From contig CAVYGB010000010.1 in the NCBI GenBank assembly GCA_963767925.1, forward strand, positions 1,440,001 to 1,504,000: a DNA stretch of 64,000 bases, in the 5' to 3' direction. This document shows positions 49,086 to 59,995 of this stretch, piece after piece. A program made the position numbers and the translations under genes. This DNA is from an uncultured delta proteobacterium. GTDB taxonomy: Bacteria; Myxococcota_A; Polyangia; Fen-1088. Numbering within the stretch: position 1 is the stretch's first letter; each line of letters opens with the position of its first letter. Below the pieces are notes generated by a model. It searched no databases. It had not been told where the DNA came from and worked only from the letters and a program-made list of their open reading frames with translations.

Positions 49086-50009
49086 ATGTCGGCCACCCCG
49101 GACGAGATCCTCGCCCTGGTCTTCTTCGCCCGGGTGGTGGAGGCCAAGTCGTTCACCGGGGCCGCCGCCAAGCTCGGCGTCTCCAAGTCGGTGGTGAGCG
49201 CGCGGGTGGCGGCCCTGGAAACCCAGCTCAAGGTGCGGCTGCTGCACCGGACCACCCGCAAGCTCGCGCTGACCCCGGATGGGCTGGCCCTGTACGGCCG
49301 CTGCGCCCCGGTGCTGGTAGCCGCCGACGAGGCCGCCGCCGCTGCCGCCGGCACAGGGGATACCCCCCGGGGCCTGCTCCGGGTGGACGCGCCCTCGGTG
49401 TTCGCCCAGGACTACCTGGCGGCGCCGATCGCCAGCTACCTCGAGCGGTACCCCGACGTGCGCCTCGAGCTGACCATGAGCGACCGGCACATCGATCTCG
49501 TCGCGGAGGGGGTCGACGTGGCGGTGCGGATCGCGCCGGCGCTGAAGGGAGGCGGCCTTGTCGCGCGCAAGCTGGCCAGCGATCGCACCGTGATCTGCGC
49601 CGCGCCGGACTACTTGCAGCGCCGGGGCACCCCCACCCGCCCCGACGAGCTGCTGGCCCACGACTGCCTGATCTATTCGCTGCTGAAGGTCGCCGACGAG
49701 TGGCGGTTTCGCGGCGGGCGCAAGGACGGGCCCGCGCTCTCCGTCCCGGTGCGGGGCCGCTTCTCCACCGCCAGCGGCGCCGTCCTGCGGGAGGCCGCGC
49801 TCGCCGGCATGGGCCTGGCGGTACTCCCGACCTTCATGGTCGCCGGTCAGCTCGCGGCCGGACGGCTGCGGACCGTGCTCGACGCCGACTTCGCCGGGAC
49901 CCCGCTCGGCATCCACGCCGTCTACCCCGAAGGCCCGCGCCCGCCGAGCAAGGTGCGGGCCTTCGTGGATCTCCTGGTCGCCCACTTCCGCACGCCCCGC
50001 TGGGTGTAG
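49086..50009 (+). CDS. LysR family regulator (CrgA-like)
   Basis: FARVVEAKSFTGAAAKLGVSKS..LLHRTTRKLALT; DLVAEGVDVAVR; KVRAFVD. Confidence 0.95.
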   Translation: MSATPDEILALVFFARVVEAKSFTGAAAKLGVSKSVVSARVAALETQLKVRLLHRTTRKLALTPDGLALYGRCAPVLVAADEAAAAAAGTGDTPRGLLRVDAPSVFAQDYLAAPIASYLERYPDVRLELTMSDRHIDLVAEGVDVAVRIAPALKGGGLVARKLASDRTVICAAPDYLQRRGTPTRPDELLAHDCLIYSLLKVADEWRFRGGRKDGPALSVPVRGRFSTASGAVLREAALAGMGLAVLPTFMVAGQLAAGRLRTVLDADFAGTPLGIHAVYPEGPRPPSKVRAFVDLLVAHFRTPRWV

Positions 50010-50029
50010 TGCCGGTCGGCGGCGGCCGT

Positions 50030-50581
50030 TCAGCGGCGGCAGGGCTGCCAGCGGCGGTCGAGGGACCAGGAGCCGCTGCCGGCGAGGACGACCACCAGGG
50101 CCAGGGCCGCAGCGAGCAGGTGAAACTCGAAGCCCTCCCCGCCGGCCGGCAAGGTGCCGAACCAGTTCATGAAGAAGCCGTTGGCAACGTGGGTGCTGGC
50201 CGCCACCGCCATCAGCCCGAAGATCCCGGCCGCCGCCACCCGCCCCCCCAGCCCCAGCACCAGGGCCAGCGGCGCCAGCAACTCGGTCACGATGGCCAGC
50301 GCCGCCAGGGGCCCGGGGATCCCCAGCGTGCCGGTCATCCAGCCGAAGGTGCCGGCAAAGCCATAGCCGCCGAACCACCCCAGCGCGTGCTGGGCCCCGT
50401 GGGGGAACATCACCACCCCCAGCGCCACCCGGGCCACCGCCGGCGCCGCGCCCGGCGAGGTGGCCAGCACCCGCCGGGCCAGACCGGAGAGGGTCGGGCG
50501 GTCGAGCGAGGCGGCCGCTGCGGAGCAATCGAGCGAAGCGACAGTAGAGGAGGGATTCGAGAGAGCTTGCGTGGTGGCCAT
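50030..50581 (-). CDS. DoxX family membrane protein
   Basis: RVALGVVMFPHGAQ; GFFMNW; GEGFEFH; GSGSWSLD. Confidence 0.92.
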   Translation of the reverse strand: MATTQALSNPSSTVASLDCSAAAASLDRPTLSGLARRVLATSPGAAPAVARVALGVVMFPHGAQHALGWFGGYGFAGTFGWMTGTLGIPGPLAALAIVTELLAPLALVLGLGGRVAAAGIFGLMAVAASTHVANGFFMNWFGTLPAGGEGFEFHLLAAALALVVVLAGSGSWSLDRRWQPCRR

Positions 50582-50886
50582 GTGGTTTCTCCATTCGAGG
50601 GTTCGAGGTCGGCGCCGCCGCGCGTCCCGCTGCCAGCGCCTCACCCCTCCAGTGGTACCGCCCGCCGCCCCCCACGATTAGCCCCCGCCCCCCGCCAGCA
50701 CTGTTCTGCAGGCCGAACAATCGCGCCGGAGGGCCCCCCCCGCGACGGCGGGCCCTCCGCCCCTTCCGCCCGCGGGAGCGCCGTCCACCGCCAGGGAGGC
50801 CCCTCCCCCACCTCCGTCCAGTCCGCCTGTGCCCCCCCACCCCCGCCCGCAAAGTGACTTGCGGGAGCGAGGAGGATCGACGTTGC

Positions 50887-51720
50887 TCAGCCGGGGAGGT
50901 CGAGCCATGCGCGCAGGCGCTCGGCATGGGGTTCAGGGAGGTCGATCCCGGGGCGGGTGATCTCCGGGACGATTGCGGTCCCGTGGTAGTCGGAGCCCGC
51001 GGTGACCACGAGGTCGAGCTCGGCCGCCAGCTCGAGCCAGCCATCCCGTTCGCGCGAAGCATAGAGTCCGTAGAAGGCCTCGATCGCCTCCAGGCCCGCT
51101 TCACGCGCCCGGCGCACCAGCGCCCGGACGTGCTCGAGATGGCCCAGGCTGTGCGGATGGGCGAGCGCGACGCGCCCGCCCGCGCCGCGCGCGAGCTCGA
51201 CCGCGGTGAGCACGGGCAGGCGTGGCCCCGGGACATCGGCCGGGCCTCCGTCGTGCAGGAAGCGATCGAACGCCTCCCGCACCGAGGTGGCGACGCCGGC
51301 CTCGACCAGGGCAGCGGCCACGTGGGGGCGCCCGGCCGTGCCATGGGCCCGGGCCAGCACGGCGTGCGGATCGAGGCGGACGTTACCGCGGGCCAGCCGT
51401 GCGCAGATCTCGACGATGCGCTCGCGGCGTCGGCGCTGCAAGTCGGTCACCTCGGCGGCCAGCCGGCCGAGGCCAGGGCCCTCTTGCAGGCCATAGACGA
51501 GCAGATGAACCGAGCGATTCCCGTCGTCACACGAGAGCTCCGTCCCGCGTAGCACCGCCATGCTCGACGACACATCGAGGGTGTCTCCATGACCCTCCCA
51601 GGTGTCGTGGTCGGTGAGACAGAAGAGCTCCACCCCGAAGCTCCGAGCGCGCTCCGCAACCAGGCGCGGGGGATCGGCCCCATCGGACCGAAGAGAATGG
51701 CAGTGTAGCTCGACGCGCAT
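50887..51720 (-). CDS. PHP domain phosphoesterase (TrpH/YciV-like)
   Basis: LHCHSLRSDG; LTDHDT; GRPHVA; LAHP; GSDYHG. Confidence 0.93.
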   Translation of the reverse strand: MRVELHCHSLRSDGADPPRLVAERARSFGVELFCLTDHDTWEGHGDTLDVSSSMAVLRGTELSCDDGNRSVHLLVYGLQEGPGLGRLAAEVTDLQRRRRERIVEICARLARGNVRLDPHAVLARAHGTAGRPHVAAALVEAGVATSVREAFDRFLHDGGPADVPGPRLPVLTAVELARGAGGRVALAHPHSLGHLEHVRALVRRAREAGLEAIEAFYGLYASRERDGWLELAAELDLVVTAGSDYHGTAIVPEITRPGIDLPEPHAERLRAWLDLPG

Positions 51721-51862
51721 CGGAGGAAGGATACTCTCGATGAGCCGGGATCGACCGCCGCCGCGGCAGCGCCGGAACCCTGCAGCTACAGCACCTACTC
51801 GGTCCATGTCCGAACTGTGATCGAGCGCCACCCTGGGACGTAGCGATGGAGTCCTGGTCGAG

Positions 51863-54613
51863 TCACGGCGCGGGTGCCGGGCCCAGCGGCAGCACGTCCA
51901 CCCCTTTTCGCCACCGGGTGACGTAGGCGTGTCCCGCCTCCGGGAACACCCGCACCGCGGTGCCATAGGGATTGTCGATGAAGCGGTCGAAGCGGGGCAC
52001 CAGGCTGGCATCGTAGCGGTAGCTGGCATATCGGGAGAGCAGCAGCCCTGGTCCGGCGGCGTCGGGCGGCGTTCCGGCGAGGAGCGGAATCCGGCCGGCG
52101 AGGATCGGGCGGGCGGCGTCCCGGATGTCGATCGCCTGGAGCGCGTCCCTGCTGGCCACGAAGAGCGCGTCGTCCTGGACGATCGGCCGGCCGTACACCG
52201 GAGGTAGCTCGACCGCCGCGAGCTCGCGCAGCTTTCCGTCGGGATCCCGGCGCAGCACGCGCACGGTCGTCGAGAGCAGGAGGCCGCAGGCACCTTCGGT
52301 ATTCGAGACCGTGAAAAGGTAGGGAGGACGCACCGCCACCAGCAACCCCTCGATGGGGACCGCCGGCGCGATGACAGGGCGGCGCGGATCCGACGCATCG
52401 ACCTCGGTGATGTACGATCGCCGGTCCAGAGCGGAATATCCGGGCTCGGACTGGTGGGCCAGATAGAGGGTGCGATTCGAGATCGCCACGAGAGACCACC
52501 ACACGGCGCCGGGCAAGGGGATCTCGGAAGCGACGACCGGCGCGTCCGGATCGGCGACGTCCACCAGCGTGACCGGGCCCAGCGGGCACGGGCCGGAGTC
52601 GCACAGGCTGCGGCCCGGTCGCAAGACGAGCGTGGTATCCCCCACCAGCGCCGCCGGGATCCCCGCGTGCGGCTCGCGGCTGTCCGGCGATTCGAGGATG
52701 ACCGGCACCGTGACCGAGCCCCGCAGGCGCAGGTCCATCCCCGTCGTGCCCCGGTCGTGGACGTCGATCCGGGTGGCGCCGCCGTCCGTGCCCGACCAGA
52801 CCGTGCCCATCACGTAGGCCCGGCCGGCGCGCGCCAGGACGCGGCCGCCCTCGACCTTCGCCGGCGCGGTGGCCAGGGGCACGGCGATCTCCGGATCGGC
52901 CGCCGGGACCAGGTGCAGCTCGCTGTCCCCGTTGTGCCAGATCCCGACGAGCTCGTAGGCGTACGCGCCGTCGACGGCGATGTCGAAGATGCCGCGTTCG
53001 AGATCGACCGCCGCTGGACGCACCGGCGGGCGCGGTCCGGGCGCCACCCGGGCGTCGACCACCATCAGCCGGGGCCCCGCCGCCAGCAACCGACCGTCGG
53101 CGAGCGGCAACAGGGCGGTGACGTCGTCGCCGTCGACGACGATCTGCAGACCGTCGATGCCTCCATCTTCCCGGTCCACGGCGAAGACCCGCAGCTGGGC
53201 CTCGCGCACGGTGGCGCCGTCCCGGAAAGCTTCGAAGGAAAAGGCCAGCGTCCGGCCGTCGTCGGCGAGGAAGACCGCCGGCGCGCCGTCGGATCGGTAG
53301 ATGAGCGTGTTGTGCCCCTCGATCGCCGGCCTGACCCGTCCGCGTGCCACGGCGAGACCGTCTCTCAGGTCGTAGAGAGCAGCGAAGAGGGCGGGCTGCT
53401 GGCCGTCAGGCCCCCGCTCGTGCCCCACGACGAGAAAGCCGCCGTCCAGCAGACGTACGTCCTCCGCCACTCCGGCGTGCGGGCGCACCTCCCGCACGAC
53501 CGGTGTCGCCGGGGCCGACAGGTCGATCAGCGCCAGCCCCGTGCCGGCGACCACGGCGCGCGCCTCGCCGAAGGCCACCGCCCCGGCGGTGGGAACCAGC
53601 ACCTCCGCCAGCGGCGCCGCCACCCCATCGGGTTTCAAGCCGAACGTTCGCAGCTTCGACGACGACTGCCCCTGCCCGTCCGTCTCGACCGACACGATCG
53701 CCAGGACCCGGCCAGCGTCCTCGAGCCCCAGGTAGGTTGCGTGCCGGACCTCGCCAGGGATGATGGTCGTGCTGTGGACCGTGACCGGGCCCGCAGGGTC
53801 GACGTCCAGGACGGTGACGGTGGTGCTGGTGGAGGTGGCGAGGGGCCCCTCGCGCCGGTTGGCGACCACCAGCCGGCGGCCGGCGGCAAGCAGGGCGGTG
53901 CCGTGGACGCGGCCCCGGAACCTGGCGCTGCCAACGACCGGGAGCTGGTCCGGGCTGGACAGATCGTACACCTCCAGCGCGAGGTCCCCGACCTCCGACT
54001 GCACGGCGCCGTTGCTGAGGACCGCCAGATGGCCATCGAGCAGCACGCCACCGACAATCTTGCCGGTGACGTCCCGGCTACTCCGCACCCGGGGCGCGGC
54101 CGGATCCGAAAGGTCGACCACGGTCAGGCGGCTGCTCGCCCGCGCGCGCGTGCCGGTGGGGCATGCCGGGCAGACCTCCCGCACCCAGACGTCCCGGGAG
54201 GCGACCACCACGAGCTTGCCGAGTGGAAACAGCGCCAGCGGGTCTCCCTCGCTCGCCACGCGGGCCAGCCAGCGGGGGCGATCGGCGTCGGCGACGTCGA
54301 CCACCTGCAGCCCGCGGTGTTCTCCCAGGACGGAGAGCGTGGTTCCCGAGAGCGAGGCCGTCAGCCCGACGACGCCGGGCCCTCCTGGGCGCACGTGCGT
54401 CGAGTCGAACCCCGCCATCGCAATCGGCAGCTCCCCGCCTCCGCCGGGCGACCCCGGAGGAGGGCAAGCTGCATCGCTCCGACCGCCGCCGTCCAACGAG
54501 CTTCCCGTCAACTCGCCCGCCGGCCCGGTGACTCCCGGGCCCGAGCCTGGCCCTGCCGTGCAGCCGGCCACCACGCCCGCCGTGACAAGCAGGAGGAGCC
54601 CCGCCAGCACCAC
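51863..54613 (-). CDS. Large secreted beta-propeller (LVIVD-repeat-like) lipoprotein with CPAC motif
   Basis: VAGC lipobox; GLQVVDVAD..P, LTVVDLSDP, LIDLSAP, AIDIRD repeats; start uncertain (54613-54682). Confidence 0.7.
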   Translation of the reverse strand: MVLAGLLLLVTAGVVAGCTAGPGSGPGVTGPAGELTGSSLDGGGRSDAACPPPGSPGGGGELPIAMAGFDSTHVRPGGPGVVGLTASLSGTTLSVLGEHRGLQVVDVADADRPRWLARVASEGDPLALFPLGKLVVVASRDVWVREVCPACPTGTRARASSRLTVVDLSDPAAPRVRSSRDVTGKIVGGVLLDGHLAVLSNGAVQSEVGDLALEVYDLSSPDQLPVVGSARFRGRVHGTALLAAGRRLVVANRREGPLATSTSTTVTVLDVDPAGPVTVHSTTIIPGEVRHATYLGLEDAGRVLAIVSVETDGQGQSSSKLRTFGLKPDGVAAPLAEVLVPTAGAVAFGEARAVVAGTGLALIDLSAPATPVVREVRPHAGVAEDVRLLDGGFLVVGHERGPDGQQPALFAALYDLRDGLAVARGRVRPAIEGHNTLIYRSDGAPAVFLADDGRTLAFSFEAFRDGATVREAQLRVFAVDREDGGIDGLQIVVDGDDVTALLPLADGRLLAAGPRLMVVDARVAPGPRPPVRPAAVDLERGIFDIAVDGAYAYELVGIWHNGDSELHLVPAADPEIAVPLATAPAKVEGGRVLARAGRAYVMGTVWSGTDGGATRIDVHDRGTTGMDLRLRGSVTVPVILESPDSREPHAGIPAALVGDTTLVLRPGRSLCDSGPCPLGPVTLVDVADPDAPVVASEIPLPGAVWWSLVAISNRTLYLAHQSEPGYSALDRRSYITEVDASDPRRPVIAPAVPIEGLLVAVRPPYLFTVSNTEGACGLLLSTTVRVLRRDPDGKLRELAAVELPPVYGRPIVQDDALFVASRDALQAIDIRDAARPILAGRIPLLAGTPPDAAGPGLLLSRYASYRYDASLVPRFDRFIDNPYGTAVRVFPEAGHAYVTRWRKGVDVLPLGPAPAP

Positions 54614-54837
54614 CCGCCCGAGCGACCGGAACCGGACAGGATTGTCGCGACCACACGCCCCGGGCCCAGCAAGAATCGGCAATCTCAGACGACGGTGTCC
54701 ACATGCCGCCCCGACTAGCAACGAACGTGCCTGAGCGGGCAGTGATCCATCGAGCGAGCCCTGAGCCGCGACGTCATTCACTCCGCCAGGAGCGCCCCCG
54801 AGCCTCCCGGCTCCCCGGGTAGGTCCTTCGGGCTCCG

Positions 54838-57690
54838 TCACCGGTCGACCGGCAGCTCGATCAGCACGATGTCGGAGTTTTCGCGCACACGCTCGAAGAG
54901 AATGCGCTCGCCGTCCGGGGATACGTCGAAGCGGTGAAGCGACTGGCCGGGCTGCAGCGCGGTCAACGGCCGGCGGCGGCCGGTCGCCACCTCGAACAAC
55001 CAGAGGTCCTGGCGCCGGAATCCTCCCAGCTTCACCACCAGCTCCTTGCCATCGGGAAGGAAGCGATAGTTGTCGCCGACGCGATCGACCGACAGCGCCG
55101 GCAGAGGATGTGGATGGCCGTCGGGCGTGACGGCCCGGAGGGGCACGCTTCGTGCCCGCGGGATACCGCTGTACAGGATGAACGTGCCGTCGGGAGACCA
55201 GACGGGATTGGAGGAGAACGAATCCACCAGCCGGACCGGCGAACCGCCGCCGGCCGGGATCTTGAAGACGCGCACCCCGGGCCCCTCCCGGGCGGCGACG
55301 GCAATCCACCGGCCATCCGGGGACCAGGAGGCCGCGCCCCTCACGTCGAGCGAAGGGGCGAGCGCCCGCGCGCCGGTTCCTTCGCCGGTCGTGCAGGACA
55401 GCGTCGAACGGCCCTGCCGGCGGACCGGAAAACAGACGCTACGGCCGTCCGGCGAGACCGCCGCGGCGCCGACCACCGCGCCCTGGCTGGGCTTCCATAC
55501 CTCGCTGGCCTGCCCGCCGGAGAGCCGCCACAGGCCATCCGCTCCACCACGTGAAGCCAGATAAAAGAGCGACGCGTCCGGGCCGAAGCGGGGGGCGGCC
55601 GATCGGGCGGTGGGGAGCTCGACGCGGCTAGCGGCTCGCTCCTCCGCGATGCCCTTCGCGATCGTGACGGTCCACAGTTGCGTGCTGGGGTTCGAGACCG
55701 CCGCCACCAGCCGCCGGAGCTGCCCCGACGCTTCCCTGCTGGCCGCGATGGAGATGTAGTGCTCGACCGCCGTGCTCACGCGATGAGCGACCCGGTCCTC
55801 CAGGTCCATGGCGTACAACCACGGCCCGGAGCCATCGTCCGCCGTCGCCGTGTAAAAGAGCGTGCGATCGTCGAGCAGCACCGGATACGCCGCTCTCGAA
55901 TCGTGTCGCGTGAGTCGCTCGGCCGGACCGCCGCTCGATGGAATCCGCCAGATGTCCATCCTGTCCGGCGGTATCCCGTGCGAAAAATACAGAAAGCGGC
56001 CGTCGGGCGACCAGCTCAGGTGGTGGCAATGAATGCCGGGAGGGGCGATGAAGACACCTCGCGAATTCTTGCCATCACCATCGGCGACATGGATCGCATC
56101 GCCTGGCGTGTTCTCGTGGTAGGCCACCCTGGATCCGTCCGGAGACCAGACGGCCATCACGGCGGAATCGAGGAACGGCCGCGGCGTGCCCCCTGACGTG
56201 GGAACGATGGACACCGAGGAAGGCGAGGTGGTATCGGCCAGCGTGATGTCGGCTATCCGGATCCATACGTGGGCGGCGTCCAGGGTGAACCCGATGTTGC
56301 GTACGTCCTCGTTGTAGAGCTCCGGAAGACGTCCGCCCGTCAGGTTCACGAACTGCCCGCTGCCCACCCGGGACACAAAGGCGTCGAACACGTCGTCGCG
56401 GTCGGCGATGAACGCCACGAATTCGCCGTCTGCCGAGATGGCGGCGTCCACCTCGGAGCCGGCAAAATCCGTCACCCGTTCGATCCGCGCGCTGGCCCAA
56501 CGTTTTCGCCACGCCGCCTCCGGTACCGACCTCCCCTGCCACGTCAGGATGGTGACCACGGCGGCGACCACGGCGAGGGACGCCACCCTGGTGGGCCATC
56601 GCCATCGCGACGTCGGAACGCGGCCCGGTCCACTGCGCGCCACGGCCAGCGCTTCGAGGCGCTGGACCAGCTCATCGGTGCTCTGCCAGCGATCGGCCGC
56701 TCGCTTCTCCAGGCACTTCATCACCAGATCGGCCAGCGGCTCGGGCACGTCCGCCCGGTGGGTCGTCAGGGGCGCCGGCGCCTGGGTCAGGTGGGCCGCC
56801 AGCACATCCTGGAGGGCCCCACCTTCGAACGGTGGCCGTCCCGTCAGGAGCTCGTACGCCAGGACGCCGAAAGAGTAGATGTCGGCCCGGTGATCGACGC
56901 CCGGAGCGGCCTTTATCTGCTCCGGCGCCATGTACGCAGGGGTGCCGAGGGTAACGCCTCCCCCTGCGGGCGTGGCCTCTTTGACGGCCTCGGTCGTCGC
57001 CCTCGCCAGGCCAAAATCCGTGACCAGCGCGTGGCGGCCCGACAGCAGGACGTTGTCCGGCTTGACGTCGCGATGGACGATGCCGCGCTGGTGTGCGTAT
57101 GCCAGCGCATCGCACACGTCGCGCAGGATGAGCAGCACGTCCTCCAGCGGCAGCGGGCCCTGGCGCGCCAGCCGCTGCCGCAACGACGACCCGCCTTCGT
57201 ACGGCATGACGTAGTACAGACGCCCGTCCGCCTGCCCCGAGTCGAACAGCGGGACGATATGGGGATGGTGGAGCTGCGCCACGATCTCGATCTCGCGGAG
57301 AAAGCGCTCGGCTCCCACCGCCGAGGCGACCGCCGGATGCACCAGCTTGATCGCGACATCACGCCCGTGTTTCAGGTCTTGCGCGAGGTACACGGTGGCC
57401 ATCCCGCCGCGCCCCAGCTCCCGGGCGAGGCTGTAGCGCCCGGCGAGCGCTTCGGGGAAGGGCGGCTCGTCATCGAACAGCCCCGCGAAGCGCTCCGCGG
57501 CCGGCCGGCTGAGCAGGTGCGGCTCCTGCTCGCACTCGGCGAGGAGGCTCTCCAGCTCCGATCGACGGCCGGCGTCGCCCTTGCTCAGCTCCGCGATGAG
57601 CGCAGCTCTGCGCTCCGGTGGCGTATCGAGCAGGACATCGACGAGCGATGTCAGATCGGACCACCTGTCGAGGGGATGGGTTCCGGCCAC
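54838..57690 (-). CDS. Ser/Thr kinase with TM helix and TolB/PD40 beta-propeller
   Basis: LGRGGMATVY, HRDVKPDN, DFGLA, GTPAYMAPEQ; multiple WSPDG repeats. Confidence 0.93.
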   Translation of the reverse strand: MAGTHPLDRWSDLTSLVDVLLDTPPERRAALIAELSKGDAGRRSELESLLAECEQEPHLLSRPAAERFAGLFDDEPPFPEALAGRYSLARELGRGGMATVYLAQDLKHGRDVAIKLVHPAVASAVGAERFLREIEIVAQLHHPHIVPLFDSGQADGRLYYVMPYEGGSSLRQRLARQGPLPLEDVLLILRDVCDALAYAHQRGIVHRDVKPDNVLLSGRHALVTDFGLARATTEAVKEATPAGGGVTLGTPAYMAPEQIKAAPGVDHRADIYSFGVLAYELLTGRPPFEGGALQDVLAAHLTQAPAPLTTHRADVPEPLADLVMKCLEKRAADRWQSTDELVQRLEALAVARSGPGRVPTSRWRWPTRVASLAVVAAVVTILTWQGRSVPEAAWRKRWASARIERVTDFAGSEVDAAISADGEFVAFIADRDDVFDAFVSRVGSGQFVNLTGGRLPELYNEDVRNIGFTLDAAHVWIRIADITLADTTSPSSVSIVPTSGGTPRPFLDSAVMAVWSPDGSRVAYHENTPGDAIHVADGDGKNSRGVFIAPPGIHCHHLSWSPDGRFLYFSHGIPPDRMDIWRIPSSGGPAERLTRHDSRAAYPVLLDDRTLFYTATADDGSGPWLYAMDLEDRVAHRVSTAVEHYISIAASREASGQLRRLVAAVSNPSTQLWTVTIAKGIAEERAASRVELPTARSAAPRFGPDASLFYLASRGGADGLWRLSGGQASEVWKPSQGAVVGAAAVSPDGRSVCFPVRRQGRSTLSCTTGEGTGARALAPSLDVRGAASWSPDGRWIAVAAREGPGVRVFKIPAGGGSPVRLVDSFSSNPVWSPDGTFILYSGIPRARSVPLRAVTPDGHPHPLPALSVDRVGDNYRFLPDGKELVVKLGGFRRQDLWLFEVATGRRRPLTALQPGQSLHRFDVSPDGERILFERVRENSDIVLIELPVDR

Positions 57691-57707
57691 CGCGGTCTCC
57701 GGGCGAT

Positions 57708-58259
57708 TCAGGCTTCCAGGGCGCGGCGGAGCAGCACGCGCGCCTTCACCCAGTCGCGTTGCACCGTGCGGATCGTGAGGGCCAGCGCTTCTGCCGTCTC
57801 CTCCTCGGTCAGCCCGCCGAAGAACCGGCACTCCACGACCCGGGCCAGGCGCGGCTCGAACGCCGCCAGGCGATCCATGGCGTCGTTGAGGTGGAGCAGC
57901 TGCTCGGGGTCATCGGCGCCCATGGCCTGGTCGTCGAGCGTGACTCGACGCAGATCGCCGCCGCGCTTGAGCGTGCTCAGCTCCCGGGCGCGATCGACGA
58001 GGACGTGCCGCATCGCCAGGGATGCCAGCGCGAGAAAGTGAGCGCGGTCGTGCCATCCGGCGCCCGAGGTGTCCGCGAGCTTGAGGTAAACGTCATGGAC
58101 GAGCGCCGTTGTCGACTGCGTTCCCCCGCGCCCCATGACTCGGCGATGAGCGATGGCACGCAACTCCTGATAGACCAGCGCCACGATCTGATCGAGCGGC
58201 TCTGGCCCGCCGGTCGGAGCGGCGCGGAGAACATCGAGGGGGGTGCTCGGAGCGGCCAT
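57708..58259 (-). CDS. ECF sigma factor, kinase-associated type (TIGR02999-like)
   Basis: VYQELRAIA; TTALVHDVYLKL; DRAHF; MRHVLVD; KRGG; RFFGGLT..ETA..TVQRDW. Confidence 0.92.
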   Translation of the reverse strand: MAAPSTPLDVLRAAPTGGPEPLDQIVALVYQELRAIAHRRVMGRGGTQSTTALVHDVYLKLADTSGAGWHDRAHFLALASLAMRHVLVDRARELSTLKRGGDLRRVTLDDQAMGADDPEQLLHLNDAMDRLAAFEPRLARVVECRFFGGLTEEETAEALALTIRTVQRDWVKARVLLRRALEA

Positions 58260-58386
58260 CTGCCCTAAGGAACGGCCGGACGCGACAATATGCCAGGGCC
58301 GTGAGCGCGATGTCGTGTTCCGGTGCGACTTCCCGTTAGCCCGGATGAGTAGGCAGCGGCCATTTCACCTCGCAACGGGAGACACC

Positions 58387-58929
58387 ATGTCGATGATCCA
58401 CCGCAATCACGTTCACGCCCTGATATTCGCCACTTCGCTCGCCGCATGCACCGGCGACGCCGCGCCGGGCCAGTCGGATCCGTCGAGGAGCCCGCCTGCC
58501 CTGTCAGTCGCCTCGGGAACGGTCGGGACGTTGCAGGGCCGCGCGACCTTCAGCGATCCAGCCAATCCAGTGTTCAGGGTGGCCCGCATGACGGGAGACT
58601 GGCGCTTCGCGCTCGAGGCGGAGCCTGCTTTCGACCTCGCGGTTCAGACCATCGCCTTCGATCCAGGGGGGCAAAGCGGCTGGCACAGTCACCCGGGCCC
58701 GGTGTTCATCCAGGTGGTGTCGGGCACGATGACCTTCTACGAATCCCACGATCCAACCTGTTCACCGACGGTGGTGCAGGCGGGCCAGGGGTATCTCGAC
58801 CACGGAGAGCATGCCCACATTGCGCGCAACGAGAGCGCGGAGCCAGCGCAAAACGTCGTGACCTACTTCGTCCCGCCGGGCGTCCCGTTGCGGATCGACC
58901 AGCCGATCCCCGGGAACTGCCCCTTCTGA
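58387..58929 (+). CDS. Cupin-domain lipoprotein
   Basis: GGGAGA RBS; LAAC; PGGQSGWHSHPGP; HIARNE. Confidence 0.85.
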   Translation: MSMIHRNHVHALIFATSLAACTGDAAPGQSDPSRSPPALSVASGTVGTLQGRATFSDPANPVFRVARMTGDWRFALEAEPAFDLAVQTIAFDPGGQSGWHSHPGPVFIQVVSGTMTFYESHDPTCSPTVVQAGQGYLDHGEHAHIARNESAEPAQNVVTYFVPPGVPLRIDQPIPGNCPF

Positions 58930-58935
58930 CAGCGA

Positions 58936-59778
58936 TCACCGGGATGCCAGGCGCTGGAAGAGGAGGTCGAGATAGCTGACATCGATGGGGCGGTTCCAGG
59001 CCGCGCCGCCGGCGCCCTGGCCTGCGGGCGCCGAGACCATGAACTTCACCTTGCCGCGCGCGGCGTTTATCGCGGAGAGCGAGGGCGGTGACGGCTGCGA
59101 ATGCACCATCACGCTCAGCCGGCCGGCGACGCCGCCCACGAGGTTGTGAAGCGTCTGGAGCTGTGTCCCGGTGGGCCAGGTGCTGTTCTCGTGCCCCACG
59201 AAGACATCGATGCCAGTCCGCACGAACGAGGCGTCGAAGACCCGGCCTGGATTGGCGACCACGAGCTTGCCCGGATAACTGGTACGGATGTGATCGCGGA
59301 TGGCCCGGTAATACGCGTTGAATGAGGCCTGGCTGCCGTCTCCCTCGGAGTACCCGGCATGGTCCGCCTCGTCGAGGAAGATGCCCTGCACCTTGTTCGT
59401 GTAGACGTACTCCTCCTCGGCGACCAGCCGCCCGCCGGCGTGGTGCTGGATCGGGAAGGGCTGGTCGCCGAGCCAGCGGTCGATCTGAGCGCAAACGACG
59501 GCGAGGTCCTTGTTCCCGTGGCTGGTGGCCACATACCCCAGCATGTCGATCCGTCCGACCAGGGCCAGGCCTATCGCCCGGTCGTAGTGCTTCGTGTCGA
59601 AGTTGTCGTTGGCGCCGTTGCTGGCGTTGGCAATCATCCACACCGGCAGGCACGGATAGCGGGACGCAGCGGTGACAACGCTCTGCCAGCCCGGGCTGAG
59701 CTGGGTGGGCGAGGCCATCGGGAACACGTAGTTGGGAATGATCAGGCCGGTCTCGGCCCCGATGCGGTCGTCGTGCAT
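58936..59778 (-). CDS. Spherulin-4 / GH135-like protein
   Basis: LIIPNYVFP; IANASNG; LGYVAT; VQGIFLDE; VVANPG. Confidence 0.7.
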   Translation of the reverse strand: MHDDRIGAETGLIIPNYVFPMASPTQLSPGWQSVVTAASRYPCLPVWMIANASNGANDNFDTKHYDRAIGLALVGRIDMLGYVATSHGNKDLAVVCAQIDRWLGDQPFPIQHHAGGRLVAEEEYVYTNKVQGIFLDEADHAGYSEGDGSQASFNAYYRAIRDHIRTSYPGKLVVANPGRVFDASFVRTGIDVFVGHENSTWPTGTQLQTLHNLVGGVAGRLSVMVHSQPSPPSLSAINAARGKVKFMVSAPAGQGAGGAAWNRPIDVSYLDLLFQRLASR

Positions 59779-59995
59779 GAAGCTCACGCCCCGGTTGGAT
59801 GTCGGATTGAGTGCGCGGATTCCGCTCCCGGCGCTGCCGCCGCTCTCGCGGTCGACAACGAACCATGATGTTGTAGCCGATGACCGGACTCGGCACCGCA
59901 CCGGTCCGCCCCTGTTGCCAGCCGGGCCTGACGATCTGGATGAAGAGAAGTTGATGGCGCGGTTCGAATGGGCCTGGTGCTATCGAGGATGAGCC

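Noticed and set aside
58280..58297. Sigma54 promoter before the ECF gene (also TGGCAC near 61166)
   Set aside because: GG-to-GC spacing is off by one base
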